Both the position numbers and the translations under genes were made by a program. A stretch of 64,000 nucleotides of DNA. Origin: Eledone cirrhosa. Lineage: Eukaryota. The first letter of the stretch is position 1, and each line of letters starts with the position of its first letter. Below are positions 1-41,700 of the stretch, in pieces. The notes below the pieces were generated by a model, which searched no databases, was not told the DNA's origin, and was given only the letters and a program-made list of their open reading frames with translations. The stretch spans positions 21,266,001 through 21,330,000 of the forward strand of contig OZ024761.1 in NCBI GenBank assembly GCA_964016885.1. The letters run 5' to 3'.

Positions 1-94
1 CAAAAACACTCCTTCATTTCAAATACTTATAATATGACAACTTAAATGAATATTCTTACAATATTGGTGGCTACAGTTGTGTAAACTAACAAAG

Positions 95-202
95 TTCCTG
101 TATGAGCAAGGCATGGTCACCTGACCTGGCATTGTCCACAACAGGACAACCCGTCTAACCCATGCTAGCATGGAAGAACGGACGTAAAACGGTGATGATG
201 AT
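95..202 (+). mobile_element. 3' tail fragment of an RTE-type LINE
   Basis: Near-identical to 22464-22570, ending ggacgtaaaacggtgatgatg. Confidence 0.7.
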
Positions 203-261
203 ATGTATACACACACACGCGCATATATACATACATATATATACACACACACTCACATCTG

Positions 262-293
<32 letters not shown>

Positions 294-318
294 TATATAT
301 ACACACACATATATATAT

Positions 319-349
<31 letters not shown>

Positions 350-751
350 ATGTAGGAGGTGAGTTTTATTGTAGCACAATAAAGCAATGCAAATATTGGA
401 TATCCTTTTTCTTCATGCATAAACCTCATTAACTTTTAATTTCAAAATCTTTTAAATTATCTATTATCTTCCAACGGCTTTTTAACTTCTCTCTGTGAGA
501 CAATATATATTTTTTTCTCAGTTGTAAAGGCTACCTCCCTCTCTCTCTCTCTATCACCCATCTCTCCTCCTCTCTCATCCTTCCTTCTTATACTCCTCCC
601 CCACCATCCTTTACTCTCATCTCCTTCTCTTCCTTACCTTTTCCAACTCACTTTCTCCCAATCTCAGACATCAATCTTAATTTATTTTTCATATGTTGAT
701 TTAAAACTTCACTATTCACAAGTGTTTTTTAAGCTTCATATCATGTCTCCC

Positions 752-822
752 TATTTTATCTGATGAGAACGCAGATATCATCCCATGATGATATTTGTTT
801 TTGAAATGCGCATAATAAAATA
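752..822 (+). ncRNA. Type I hammerhead ribozyme motif (PLE-associated)
   Basis: Stem I tattttat/ataaaata; CTGATGA 760-766; long stem II gcagatatcatc/gatgatatttgt; GAAA-TGCGCA-TA; predicted cleavage after 814. Confidence 0.75.
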
Positions 823-852
823 CTTGGAACTCTTTTAACCATCTTTTGATCG

Positions 853-896
<44 letters not shown>

Positions 897-898
<2 letters not shown>

Positions 899-1140
899 CT
901 TTTGGTATAACTTGGTCTAGGATCTTTTTACTGATTCTCCCTATGTCTGACTTCGTTGGGTTTATAAGCCTAATGGATGGTTTGTGGTCCTTCAGTGTGA
1001 AGTAGGGAGTCCGTGGGTCTAGGGGTTCTGTGCTGTCGGCGACCCCGAGGCTGGAGATAATTTGTTGTCCATCTAGATAGATGTCCTCGATAATTGAGTG
1101 GTTAGCCTTTTTATAAGTGGAGTTTAGGCTGGTCAGCACC
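897..1140 (-). mobile_element. Penelope-like element reverse transcriptase fragment
   Basis: Translation YFTLKDHKPSIRLINPTKSDIGRISKKILD matches the PLE RT N-terminal motif. Confidence 0.75.
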
Positions 1141-1215
1141 CAGGAAGTAATCTCATGGTTCAGGAATATGGAGGACAAACGAGACACAAAATTCATCCAG
1201 TTTGACATAGACAGT

Positions 1216-1266
<51 letters not shown>

Positions 1267-1599
1267 ATATCAATGTTTCTGTTTTAATTAGTTTTCTCTT
1301 ATTTCTATGTCTTTATTGCAGGAAATTAGGATTGTTTTCCTCTGAAATATTACAGGAATTTTAATTTGGTTTTATTGTTTTGTCACAATAAGGAAGATAT
1401 GTTCTCTGTCTATCTCTCTCCTTCTTTCTTTCTTTCTCTCTCTTTCTTTCCCCTCTTTCTATCTCTCTTGCTCTCTCTCTTTCTTTATCTCTCTCTCTCT
1501 CTCTCTCTCTTTCTCTTCTCTTTTCTATTTAACTCTCTCTTCCACCTCTCTCTCTCCCTCTCTCATATATTAATGTCTGTATTCTCTTCTCTCCCTCAG

Positions 1600-30644
<29,045 letters not shown>

Positions 30645-30864
30645 AGAGACGACGGATTCAGGGACAAAAACTGGGATTATTATTATTATTATTTTTTTTT
30701 TTTATTATTTTTTTTTTGTATGAGGCTTTTGTCAATAAATCAATGTTGCTGTACATTATTGTCAGGGATGTCAGACAGTTTTTAAACCATTTCAGATTTG
30801 TTTCTTTATTTGCATACCATAGTCCACGCTGTAATGTGGCCGTGTAGGTAACACTGTAAAAAGC

Positions 30865-31043
30865 TCCCAGTCCACACTGTAAACGTGGTTGGTGTTAGGA
30901 AGGGCATCAAGCCGTAGAAAACCTGCCAGACAGTTCTATACGAACGAGACACGGTCACCCGACCAATCTTGCCTCAAGTGGAACAAATTCTCATCTAACC
31001 CATGCTAGCGTGGAAGATAGACGTTAAACGGTGATAATGATGA

Positions 31044-31047
<4 letters not shown>
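30865..31047 (+). mobile_element. RTE/SINE 3' tail fragment in the SSH 3' region
   Basis: ggttggtgttaggaagggcat...ctaacccatgctagc...gatgatgat. Confidence 0.65.
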
Positions 31048-31089
<42 letters not shown>

Positions 31090-31229
31090 GGTAACAGATT
31101 ATTGTTATAGGTAGTCCACTTAGATGTAGTCCAGTTAGGGTACTCCAAGTAGTGGGTGATATCAACGCTTGGCTAAGTTTGGCTCAACAAGGCGTTTCCA
31201 TAGTGATGCTGCGAGTATGCGGTAATTTC

Positions 31230-31990
31230 TATGTTGTTAACACTTGGAGTAATGATAAATCAAGAAAGAAGAGTGACACGGTTTGCTATACAAAAAAGGT
31301 TTTTAATCTCATTGCTGACAATTGTTTCTCTGAACTGGTAGGTCTAGAGATCGCTACCCGCTTGTTTTCACATCATTCGATCACCAATACATAGCTGCTA
31401 TAAGTGGGTTGTGATTTATGCCCGTTGGGGTTTTGCTGCTGCGTGCTTGTATGCGCTTGCGGTTGTGATACTGTGATGTGTTTATGTTTATAATTTGGTG
31501 CTATGTTGCGCATAGGTGGGGTGGATTCCCTAGAGGTATTTCTGTGGTTGATCTTGCGTATGTGTGATTCTATATTTGCTGCCGTAGAGTATGAGAATTT
31601 TATAGTTTTTCTATTGAGTATTTTATGATATCTGTGTGATATAGGGAAGTGTTTATCTATTAGTTTAAAGAATGTAGAAGGCAGTCTAGTTTTTACAGAG
31701 GAGTTGAAGATTAGATTGAACCACAGGTATTTTCTTTCTCTGATTCTTCTATTGTTTCTAGGGTTTACATTATTGGTGTTTGGACCACTTACTCTAGGTG
31801 CTAAGTGCCTACCTCTATGTCTAGTCCTGTTACCTCTATTTTTGTGTGAGCGGTTGGTGTAATTGCTAGTAGGTTTGTTTAAGTTGTCTTTATTCGTTAT
31901 AAACTGCAGCTTATCTTTATGTCCAGCCCTATGTAATGCTGCATTATAATAGTTAGCATGTTCATTAAAAATGTATTGCTAGCATTGTTA
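31230..31990 (-). mobile_element. Penelope-like element fragment (post-RT region), with an inverted partial copy at ~32165-32305
   Basis: Minus-strand RKYLWFNLIFNSSVKT...KLIDKHFP..HRYHKILNRKTIKFSYS, typical of PLEs; GAAAC-AATT-GTC hammerhead remnant. Confidence 0.72.
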
Positions 31991-33027
31991 GTATTGTTGT
32001 TATTGTTCTGATTGAATGGCATTACTACTATATATATATACCAGTAATGAACTGTGTAATTGCTGGCCTTGTGCCTAAAGTAGAAACAATTACTACTATA
32101 TATAGAAGCCATGCCTGTATATTCCTTTCATTCTCACAAGCTCCGGTGAATTGACTGGTTACAACTATGTATTGGTGATCGATTGACGCAGAAACAGGCG
32201 GGTAGCAATCTCTAGACCTACCAGTTCAGAGAAACAATTGTCAGCAATGTGATTAAAGCCCTTATTGTATAGCAAACTGTGTCACTCTTCTTTCCTGATT
32301 TATATATAAAGGGTAAAGAACCCCTTCGGTCAAGAATGACCAGGGGATTTGTACCTAGAAAATTCCCCCTCCCAGGCACAAGTCCAGGTAAGGTTGTTTG
32401 TGGAAGACCAATGCTCGAACCACTAAGTCATGAGCTTTGAAAAAAAATTTCTTTGAGAAAAAGCAGGTCTATTCAGTTACCAATATATATATATAGAGAG
32501 AGAGAGGGATGGGCTCTGTCGGGCTTAAAATGCCCAAGAAGCACTGTATGTCAATATGGTGCCCCTAAGACTCTAACAGGAGTTACGGTACCATATATAC
32601 ATACATACAAAACATATACACTGATAGTCGTATATATATAAATGGTCGTTAAACCGTGATCTTGATGATTATATATTTATATCTGTATAAATACAAGCTG
32701 TTATATAACCCAAACTATGCCAACTACTAGACCGGTGACAGAATTAGTTTTACACCGGCGATAATAAGTTTTACACCGGTGACATAATTACTTTTACACC
32801 GGATTTTCCCAAGACATTTCGACCGTTATTTTTTTCAGTTGTTAAAATGCTGGGACACCACCTTTAAACGGGTTTAGGTGATTATATCAACCAAACTATT
32901 GGTTATTTTCACGTATGTTATCTATTTTACCGAACTGTTGCCTTATGAGACGTAAATACAAACAAACAAACACACACACATATATATATATAATATAAGA
33001 TCAAAAGTTGGTTAAAAGAGTTCCAAG

Positions 33028-33097
33028 TATTTTATTATGCGCATTTCAAAAACAAATATCATCATGAGATGATATCTGCTTTTCATCAGATAAAATA
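33028..33097 (-). ncRNA. Type I hammerhead motif, same family as 752-822
   Basis: Reverse complement of ~700-860 spans ~32990-33155. Confidence 0.72.
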
Positions 33098-33264
33098 GGG
33101 ATACATGATATGAAGGTTAAAAAACACTTGTGAATAGTGAAGTTTTAAATCAATATTTAAAACATATATGTTTTAAATCAACATATCTATATATATAAAG
33201 TGGTTACACTCGTAATGGACATGGTTATACTGAACAGGCCTGTTCAGTATAACCATGTCCATTA

Positions 33265-33302
33265 CGAGCTGAGGATCCGCTAAGGTGAAACAATTGTTCT
33301 CG
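33265..33302 (+). ncRNA. Minimal type I hammerhead motif in fold-back element 33198-33400
   Basis: cgag-CTGAGGA-tccgctaaggt-GAAAC-AATT-GTT-ctcg, preceded by a perfect palindrome 33209-33268. Confidence 0.68.
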
Positions 33303-33477
33303 GTATGGTGAACTAACTGTTGTGTAACCACTTCTACCTAACTCGTCCCATGGACTGAGTGCTCTACCACCACGGATATTACCTTCCAGTGTTCTACCAC
33401 TATATATATATATATATACTTATATATCATCATCACCGTTTAACGTCCATTTATATATAGATGTTTGTTTGTATGTA

Positions 33478-34065
33478 TCCCGGGTTCAATTGGAGGTAAC
33501 CACAGTAAGTAAGGTACTCAATACATTAGTAGAGTATAAACAACAAATTTAGTATAGAAGTGTCTTCTACAGGACTAGAACTGTTTCATTCTAAAGAAAT
33601 CATCGGGGCTTTAGCGGGGATGTATTTGTAAGGCAAGGTTTTTGATATGAAATCGTGTATTGAAACACTTTGGTTAATCAATGATAAACATTGATTGCCA
33701 GCTAAATTATTTATAGAAATATTAAAATATACTGAAGCGAAAACCAAACCAAACGGTGAGTGTTTTACTATATTTTTCTACATTATTAGGAAAACAAATA
33801 TAACAACATCAGGGCTTTCCTGCTGATTTCTTTCGAATGAAACAGTTCTAGTCCTGTCGAAGCCATTTCTATATATATATATACACATATACATATATAT
33901 GTTTATTCCGGGTTTAATCGGGGGTAACCACAGTAAGTAAGGTACTCAATACATAGCAGAGTATAAATATTTAATATAGAAATGGCTTCTACAGGACTAG
34001 AACTGTTTCATTCAGATTTCTCCCGAATGAAACAGTTCTAGTCCTGTCGAAGCCATTTCTATATT
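33478..34065. mobile_element. Two further copies of the 5101-5310 fold-back element, one interrupted by another repeat
   Basis: Shared tail ggtaaccacagtaagtaaggtactcaatac and inverted arms aaatggcttc.acaggactagaactgtttcattc. Confidence 0.65.
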
Positions 34066-35764
34066 GTATATATATATATATATATATAACAAAGATGTGG
34101 TAAGAAACCAGGTGGACCATAACGCACCAGAGTACTCGATACTGAGGGTTGTAGAGTGGGTAATAGGAAAAAAGTCAGGACCCCGACGGTTGAACTCCGG
34201 CCGTTTCGACAGCTAGATCCGTCGGGGTCCTGACCCTTTTCCTATATATACATATATATATATGTGACAATAGGACACACGTCATACACACACATATATA
34301 TATAGAGAGAGAGATAGGGTGGGGATCTCCCAAGCCTTTGTTTGGCAAGCTTTCTATAGCTTGATGCTCTTCATAACTCTTTACAGCACTAGGGAGGTTG
34401 TCATGTCCCTGACACAGCTAAAGGGTCTCCCAACACTTTGTTTGGCAAGCTTTCTACAACAGAATAGCCTATCACCAACCGACAGCATGTACTGGGTGAG
34501 TTTATTGTATAGATCACCAACACTAGAGAGGTTGCTTGTGTCTTTGACACAACTGAAGGGGCCTCTCAACCCTTTAGGCATGGTTTCTACAGCGGTGTAC
34601 CCTTCCTGTTGCCAACTGCCCTTATTGAGCGAGCGCGTTTTTGTGGTATTCACAAGACAGGTTGTTGGTTATAGACCCGACTGTAGGGCCCTCTCTGGTG
34701 AGGGAGGTATGAAGTTACAGGTGTATGTGGGAATTTGGCAGGGCAATGAGTGGCTTAGTTGTGTATAGGGAGGGAGGAGATATATATAGACACACAAAAT
34801 ACTATATACATAAGTGTATATATACATATATATGTGTGCAGTGGATTGAACCTCTGCCATTTCCAGTAAGCAGTTACTACTATTGCAGTAAGCCTATATG
34901 ACACGTTAAAACCACCCTCCTCCACAATTGGTGAAATACTAAGGTCACAGAGTTCAGTTCACCCTAGAATATTTTACTGTACCACTGGGTTTCGCCTTAT
35001 AGCGTTTTATTGTTATCAGCACAACCACGTTATAGGGTGGCCCATACTGTTTTTGTTGTGGTGGCAGGAAGTGTTGAAAAGCAGGTGTGGAGCTTGGCTA
35101 GCTCTCCATGGTTTAGACATATAATGAGTATGCAGGTTAGGGATGTTGGTAGGTGTGTGGAGCGAAAGATTAGTGCAGACTAGTGTCATCTAGTTCTTTG
35201 CTTCATCCTGTGTACACTGGAAGACTGGTCTTCTGCAGCATATCGCCAGAGGACATGCATGATTGAACCCATATATTATGTCTGATAGAATACAGTTCTC
35301 TAACTGATATAGATCAGTCAATATATCGATATGATCAACCCTCCAAAACGATCGTAAAACAATGAATGAGGTTTGTTAAATAAAATAATATGTACTACAT
35401 ATATATGTACAATCATACATGGCCATCCTCTGTCAATGTTTCTATCTCCAAAATTTACTGAATCACCTAGATAATATAAATTTAATTAAATTTAAAAAAA
35501 TACGCTCATTAAACTTTTACAGTTTTTTTCAAAAATGTAAAAGGAAAATAGAAAAAGATTAATAAGACACCTTACATGTATCTCCCAGACCAGGATCTCA
35601 CCATCTCTAGTACTTTCCACTAGGCTACTGAGACTGCTACAGAAACCTACTAAAAAGTCAACCTTATAAACCTACTTTCAAAATAAAATGAAATTAATTG
35701 AATTAAATTAACTGAAATTAAATTAAATACATGTCTTGAGACCAACACACTAACAATTTTCTTA

Positions 35765-38700
35765 GCTGGACGTTGTGGATCCTACGATAAGATTACGCCC
35801 TTAAACAGTTTATTTCATCCTCTAAGCAGCCCTGACTCTGGTTTAAGTGGCTGTAAAGGTTCCTACGAGAAGTATACGTCTTTAAACTGTTCCAGTCACC
35901 CTCTCACCTGGCACTGACTCTGGTTTACCTGGCCTTAGAAGTTCCTACAAGAAGTTGAGGCCCCTAAACAGTTTATTTCATCCCCTAAGCAGTCCTGACT
36001 ATGGTTTAACTGGCTGTAAAGGTTCCTACAAGAAGTATACATCTTTAAACTGCTTCAAACACCCTCTCACCTGGCACTGACTCTGGTTTAACTGGCCTTA
36101 GAGGTTCCTACGAGAAGTTGAGGCCCCTAAACAGTTTATTTCATCCTCTAAGCAGCCCTGACTATGGTTTAACTGGCTGTAAAGGTTCCAACAAGAAGTA
36201 TACATCTTTAAACTGCTCCAAACACCCTCTCACCTGGCACTGACTCTGGTTTAACTGGCCTTAGAGGTTCCTACGAGAAGTTAAGGCCCCTAAACAGTTT
36301 ATTTCATCCTCTAAGCAGCCCTGACTATGGTTTAACTGGCTGTAAAGGTTCCTACGAGAAGTATACGTCTTTAAACTGCTCCAAACACCCTCTCACCTGG
36401 CACTGACTCTGGTTTAGCTGACCTTAGAGGTTCCTACAAGAAGTATACGTCTTTAAACTGCTCCAAACACCCTCTCACCTGGCACTGACTCTGGTTTAAC
36501 TGGCCTTAGAGGTTCCTACGAGAAGTTGAGGCCCCTAAACAGTTTATTTCATCCTCTAAGCAGCCCTGACTCATGTTTAACTGGCTGTAAAGGTTCCTAC
36601 GAGACGTATACGTCTTTAAACTGCTCCAATCACCCTCTCACCTGGCACTGACTCTGGTTTAGCTGACCTTAGAGGTTCCTACGAGAAGTATACGTCTTTA
36701 AACTGCTCCAGTCACCCTCTCACCTGGCATTGACTCTGGCTTAGCTGACCTTAAAGGTTCCTACGAGAAGTATACGTCTTTAAGCTGCTCCAGTCACCCT
36801 CTCACCTGGCATTGACTCTGGTTTAGCTGACCTTAGAGGTTCCTACGAGAAGTATACGTCTTTAAAATGCTCCAGTCACCCTCTCACCTGGCATTGACTC
36901 TGGTTTAGCTGACCTTACATGTTCCTACGAGAAGTATACGTCTTTAAACTGCTCCAATCACCCTCTCACCTGGCACTGACTTTGGTTTAACTGTCTGTAA
37001 AGGTTCCTACGAGAAGTATACGTCTTTAAACTGCTCCAAACACCCTCTCACCTGGCACTGACTTTAATTTAACTGGCTGTAAAGGTTCCTACGAGAAGTA
37101 TACGTCTTTAAACTGCTCCAGTCACCCTCTCACCTGGCATTGACTCTGGTTTAACTGACCTTAGAGGTTCCTACGAGAAGTATACGTCTTTAAACTGCTC
37201 CAGTCACCCTCTCACCTGGCATTGACTCTGGTTTAACTGACCTTAGAGGTTCCTACGAGAAGTATACGTCTTTAAACTGCTCCAGTCACCCTCTCACCTG
37301 GCATTGACTCTGGTTTAGCTGACCTTAAAGGTTCCTACGAGAAGTATACGTCTTTAAAATGCTCCAGTCACCCTCTCACCTGGCATTGACTCTGGTTTAT
37401 CTGACCTTAGAGGTTCCTACGAGAAGTATACATCTTTAAACTGCTCCAATCACCCTCTCACCTGGCACTGACTTTGGTTTAACTGGCTGTAAAGGTTCCT
37501 ACGAGAAGTATACGTCTTTAAACTGCTCCAATCACCCTCTCACCTGGCACTGACTTTGGTTTAACTGGCTGTAAAGGTTCCTACGAGAAGTATACGTCTT
37601 TAAACTGCTCCAAACACCCTCTCACCTGGCACTGACTTTGGTTTAACTGTCTGTAAAGGTTCCTACGAGAAGTATACGTCTTTAAACTGCTCCAGTCACC
37701 CTCTCACCTGGCATTGACTCTGGTTTAGCTGACCTTAAAGGTTCCTACGAGAAGTATACATCTTTAAACTGCTCCAAATATCCTCTCACCTGGCACTGAC
37801 TCTGGTTTAGCTGACCTTCAAGGTTCCTACGAGAAGTATACGTCTTTAAACTGCTCCAATCACCCTCTCACCTGGCACTGACTCTGGTTTATCTGACCTT
37901 AGAGGTTCCTACGAGAAGTATACGTCTTTAAACTGCTCCAAACACCCTCTCACCTGGCACTGACTCTGGTTTAGCTGACCTTAGAGGTTCCTACGAGAAG
38001 TATACGTCTTTAAACTGCTCCAGTCACCCTCTCACCTTGCACTGACTCTGGTTTAGTTGACCTTAGAGGTTCCTATGAGAAGTATACGTCTTTAAACTGC
38101 TCCAAACACCCTCTCACCTGGCACTGACTCTGGTTTAGCTGACCTTAGAGGTTCCTACGAGAAGTATACGTCTTTAAACTGCTCCAGTCACCCTCTCACC
38201 TTGCACTGACTCTGGTTTAGTTGACCTTAGAGGTTCCTACGAGAAGTATACATCTTTAAACTGCTCCAAACACCCTCTCACCTGGCACTGACTCTGGTTT
38301 AGTTGACCTTAGAGGTTCCTACAAGAAGTATACGTCTTTAAACTGCTCCAATCACCCTCTCACCTGGCATTGACTCTGGTTTAGCTGACCTTAGAGGTTC
38401 CTACAAGAAGTATGTCTTTAAACTGCTCCAAACACCCTCCCAGCTGGCACTGACTCTGGTTTAGTTGACCTTAGAGGTTCCTACAAGAAGTATACGTCTT
38501 TAAACTGCTCCAAACACCCTCTCACCTGGCACTGACTCTGGTTTAGCTGACCTTAGAGGTTCCTACGAGAAGTATACGTCTTTAAACTGCTCCAATCACC
38601 CTCTCACCTGGCACTGACTCTGGTTTAGCTGGCCTTAAAGGTTCCTGCGAGAAGTATACGTTTTTAAACTGCTCCAATCACCCTCTCACCTGGCACTGAC

Positions 38701-41700
38701 TCTGGTTTACCTGACCTGAGAGGTTCCTATGAGAAGTATACATCTTTAAACTGCTCCAAACACCCTCTCGCCTGGCATTGACTCTGGTTTAGCTGACCTT
38801 AGACGTTCCTACGAGAAGTATACGTCTTTAAACTGCTCCAAACACCCTCTCACCTGGCCCTGACTCTGGTTTAGCTGACCTTACATGTTCCTACGAGAAG
38901 TATGCGTCTTTAAACTGCTCCAAACACCCTCTCACCTGACACTGACTCTGGTTTAGTTGACCTTAGAGGTTCCTACAAGAAGTATACGTCTTTAAACTGC
39001 TCCAATCACCCTCTCACCTGGCATTGACTCTGGTTTAGCTGACCTTAGAGGTTCCTACAAGAAGTATGTCTTTAAACTGCTCCAAACACCCTCCCAGCTG
39101 GCACTGACTCTGGTTTAGTTGACCTTAGAGGTTCCTACAAGAAGTATACGTCTTTAAACTGCTCCAAACACCCTCTCACCTGGCACTGACTCTGGTTTAG
39201 CTGACCTTAGAGGTTCCTACGAGAAGTATACGTCTTTAAACTGCTCCAATCACCCTCTCACCTGGCACTGACTCTGGTTTAGCTGGCCTTAAAGGTTCCT
39301 GCGAGAAGTATACGTTTTTAAACTGCTCCAATCACCCTCTCACCTGGCACTGACTCTGGTTTACCTGACCTGAGAGGTTCCTATGAGAAGTATACATCTT
39401 TAAACTGCTCCAAACACCCTCTCGCCTGGCATTGACTCTGGTTTAGCTGACCTTAGACGTTCCTACGAGAAGTATACGTCTTTAAACTGCTCCAAACACC
39501 CTCTCACCTGGCCCTGACTCTGGTTTAGCTGACCTTACATGTTCCTACGAGAAGTATACGTCTTTAAACTGCTCCAAACACCCTCTCACCTGACACTGAC
39601 TCTGGTTTAACTGGCCTTAGAGGTTCCTTCGAGAAGTTGAGGCCCCAAAACAGTTTATTTCATCTCTAAGCAGCCCTGACTCATGTTTAACTGGCTGTAA
39701 CGGTTCCTACGAGAAGTATACGTCTTTAAACTGCTCCAATCACCCTCTCACCTGGCACTGACTCTGGTTTAACTAACCTTAAAGGTTCCTACGAGAAGTT
39801 GAGACCCCTAAACAGTTTATTTCATCCTCTAAGCAGCCCTGACTATGGTTTAACTGTCTGTAAAGGTTCCTACGAGAAGTATACGTCTTTAAACTGCTCC
39901 AGTCACCCTTTCACCTGGCACTGACTCTGGTTTAGCTGACCTTAGAGGTTCCTACGAGAAGTATACATCTTTAAACTGCTCCAATCACCCTCTCACCTGG
40001 CATTGACTCTGGTTTAACTGGCCTTAGACGTTCCTACGAGAAGTATACGTCTTTAAACTGCTCCAATCACCCTCTCACCTGGGTTAGCTGACCTTAGAGG
40101 TTCCTACAAGAAGTATACGTCTTTAAACTGCTCCAAACACCTTCTCACCTGGCAGTGACTCTGGTTTAGTTGACCTTAGAGGTTCCTACGAGAAGTATAC
40201 GTCTTTAAACTGCTCCAAACACCCTCTCACCTGGCACTGACTCTGGTTTAGCTGACCTTTGAGGTTCCTACGAGAAGTTGAGGCCCCTAAACAGTTTATT
40301 TCATCTTCTAAGCAGCTCTGACTATGGTTTAACTCGCTGTCAAGGTTCCTATGAGAAGTATACGTCTTTAAAATGCTCAAATCACCCTCTCACCTGGCAC
40401 TGACTCTGGTTTAACTGGCTGTAAAGGTTCCTACGAGAAGTATACGTCTTTAAACTGCTCCAATCACCCTCTCACCTGGCACTGACTTTGGTTTAACTGG
40501 CTGTAAAGGTTCCTACGAGAAGTATACGTCTTTAAACTGCTCCAAACACCCTCTCACCTGGCACTGACTCTGGTTTATCTGACCTTAGAGTTTCCTACGA
40601 GAAGTTGAGGCCCCTAAACAGTTTATTTCATCTTCTAAGCAGCCCTGACTATGGTTTAACTGTCTGTAAAGGTTCCTACGAGAAGTATACGTCTTTAAAC
40701 TGCTCCAAACACCCTCTCACCTGGCACTGACTTTGGTTTAACTGTCTGTAAAGGTTCCTACGAGAAGTATACGTCTTTAAACTGCTCCAATCACCCTCTC
40801 ACCTGGCACTGACTTTGGTTTAACTGGCTGTAAAGGTTCCTACGAGAAGTATACGTCTTTAAACTGCTCCAGTCACCCTCTCACCTGGCATTGACTCTGG
40901 TTTAACTGACCTTAGAGGTTCCTACGAGAAGTATACGTCTTTAAACTGCTCCAGTCACCCTCTCACCTGGCATTGACTCTGGTTTAACTGACCTTAGAGG
41001 TTCCTACGAGAAGTATACGTCTTTAAACTGCTCCAGTCACCCTCTCACCTGGCATTGACTCTGGTTTAGCTGACCTTAAAGGTTCCTACGAGAAGTATAC
41101 ATCTTTAAACTGCTCCAAATATCCTCTCACCTGGCACTGACTCTGGTTAAGCTGACCTTCAAGGTTCCTACGAGAAGTATACGTCTTTAAACTGCTCCAG
41201 TCACCCTCTCACCTTGCACTGACTCTGGTTTAGTTGACCTTAGAGGTTCCTACGAGAAGTATACGTCTTTAAACTGCTCCAAACACCCTCTCACCTGGCA
41301 CTGACTCTGGTTTATCTGACCTTAGAGGTTCCTACGAGAAGTATACGTCTTTAAACTGCTCCAGTCACCCTCTCACCTGGCACTGACTCTGGTTTATCTG
41401 ACCTTAGAGGTTCCTACGAGAAGTATACGTCTTTAAACTGCTCCAAACACCCTCTCACCTGGCACTGACTCTGGTTTATCTGACCTTAGAGGTTCCTACG
41501 AGAAGTATACGTCTTTAAACTGCTCCAAACACCCTCTCACCTGGCACTGACTCTGGTTTAGCTGACCTTAGAGGTTCCTACGAGAAGTATACGTCTTTAA
41601 ACTGCTCCAGTCACCCTCTCACCTTGCACTGACTCTGGTTTAGTTGACCTTAGAGGTTCCTACGAGAAGTATACGTCTTTAAACTGCTCCAAACACCCTC

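Noticed and set aside
34319-34768. 149-aa ORF
   Set aside because: No recognisable domain; contains internal repeats and an RTE/SINE tail-like segment.
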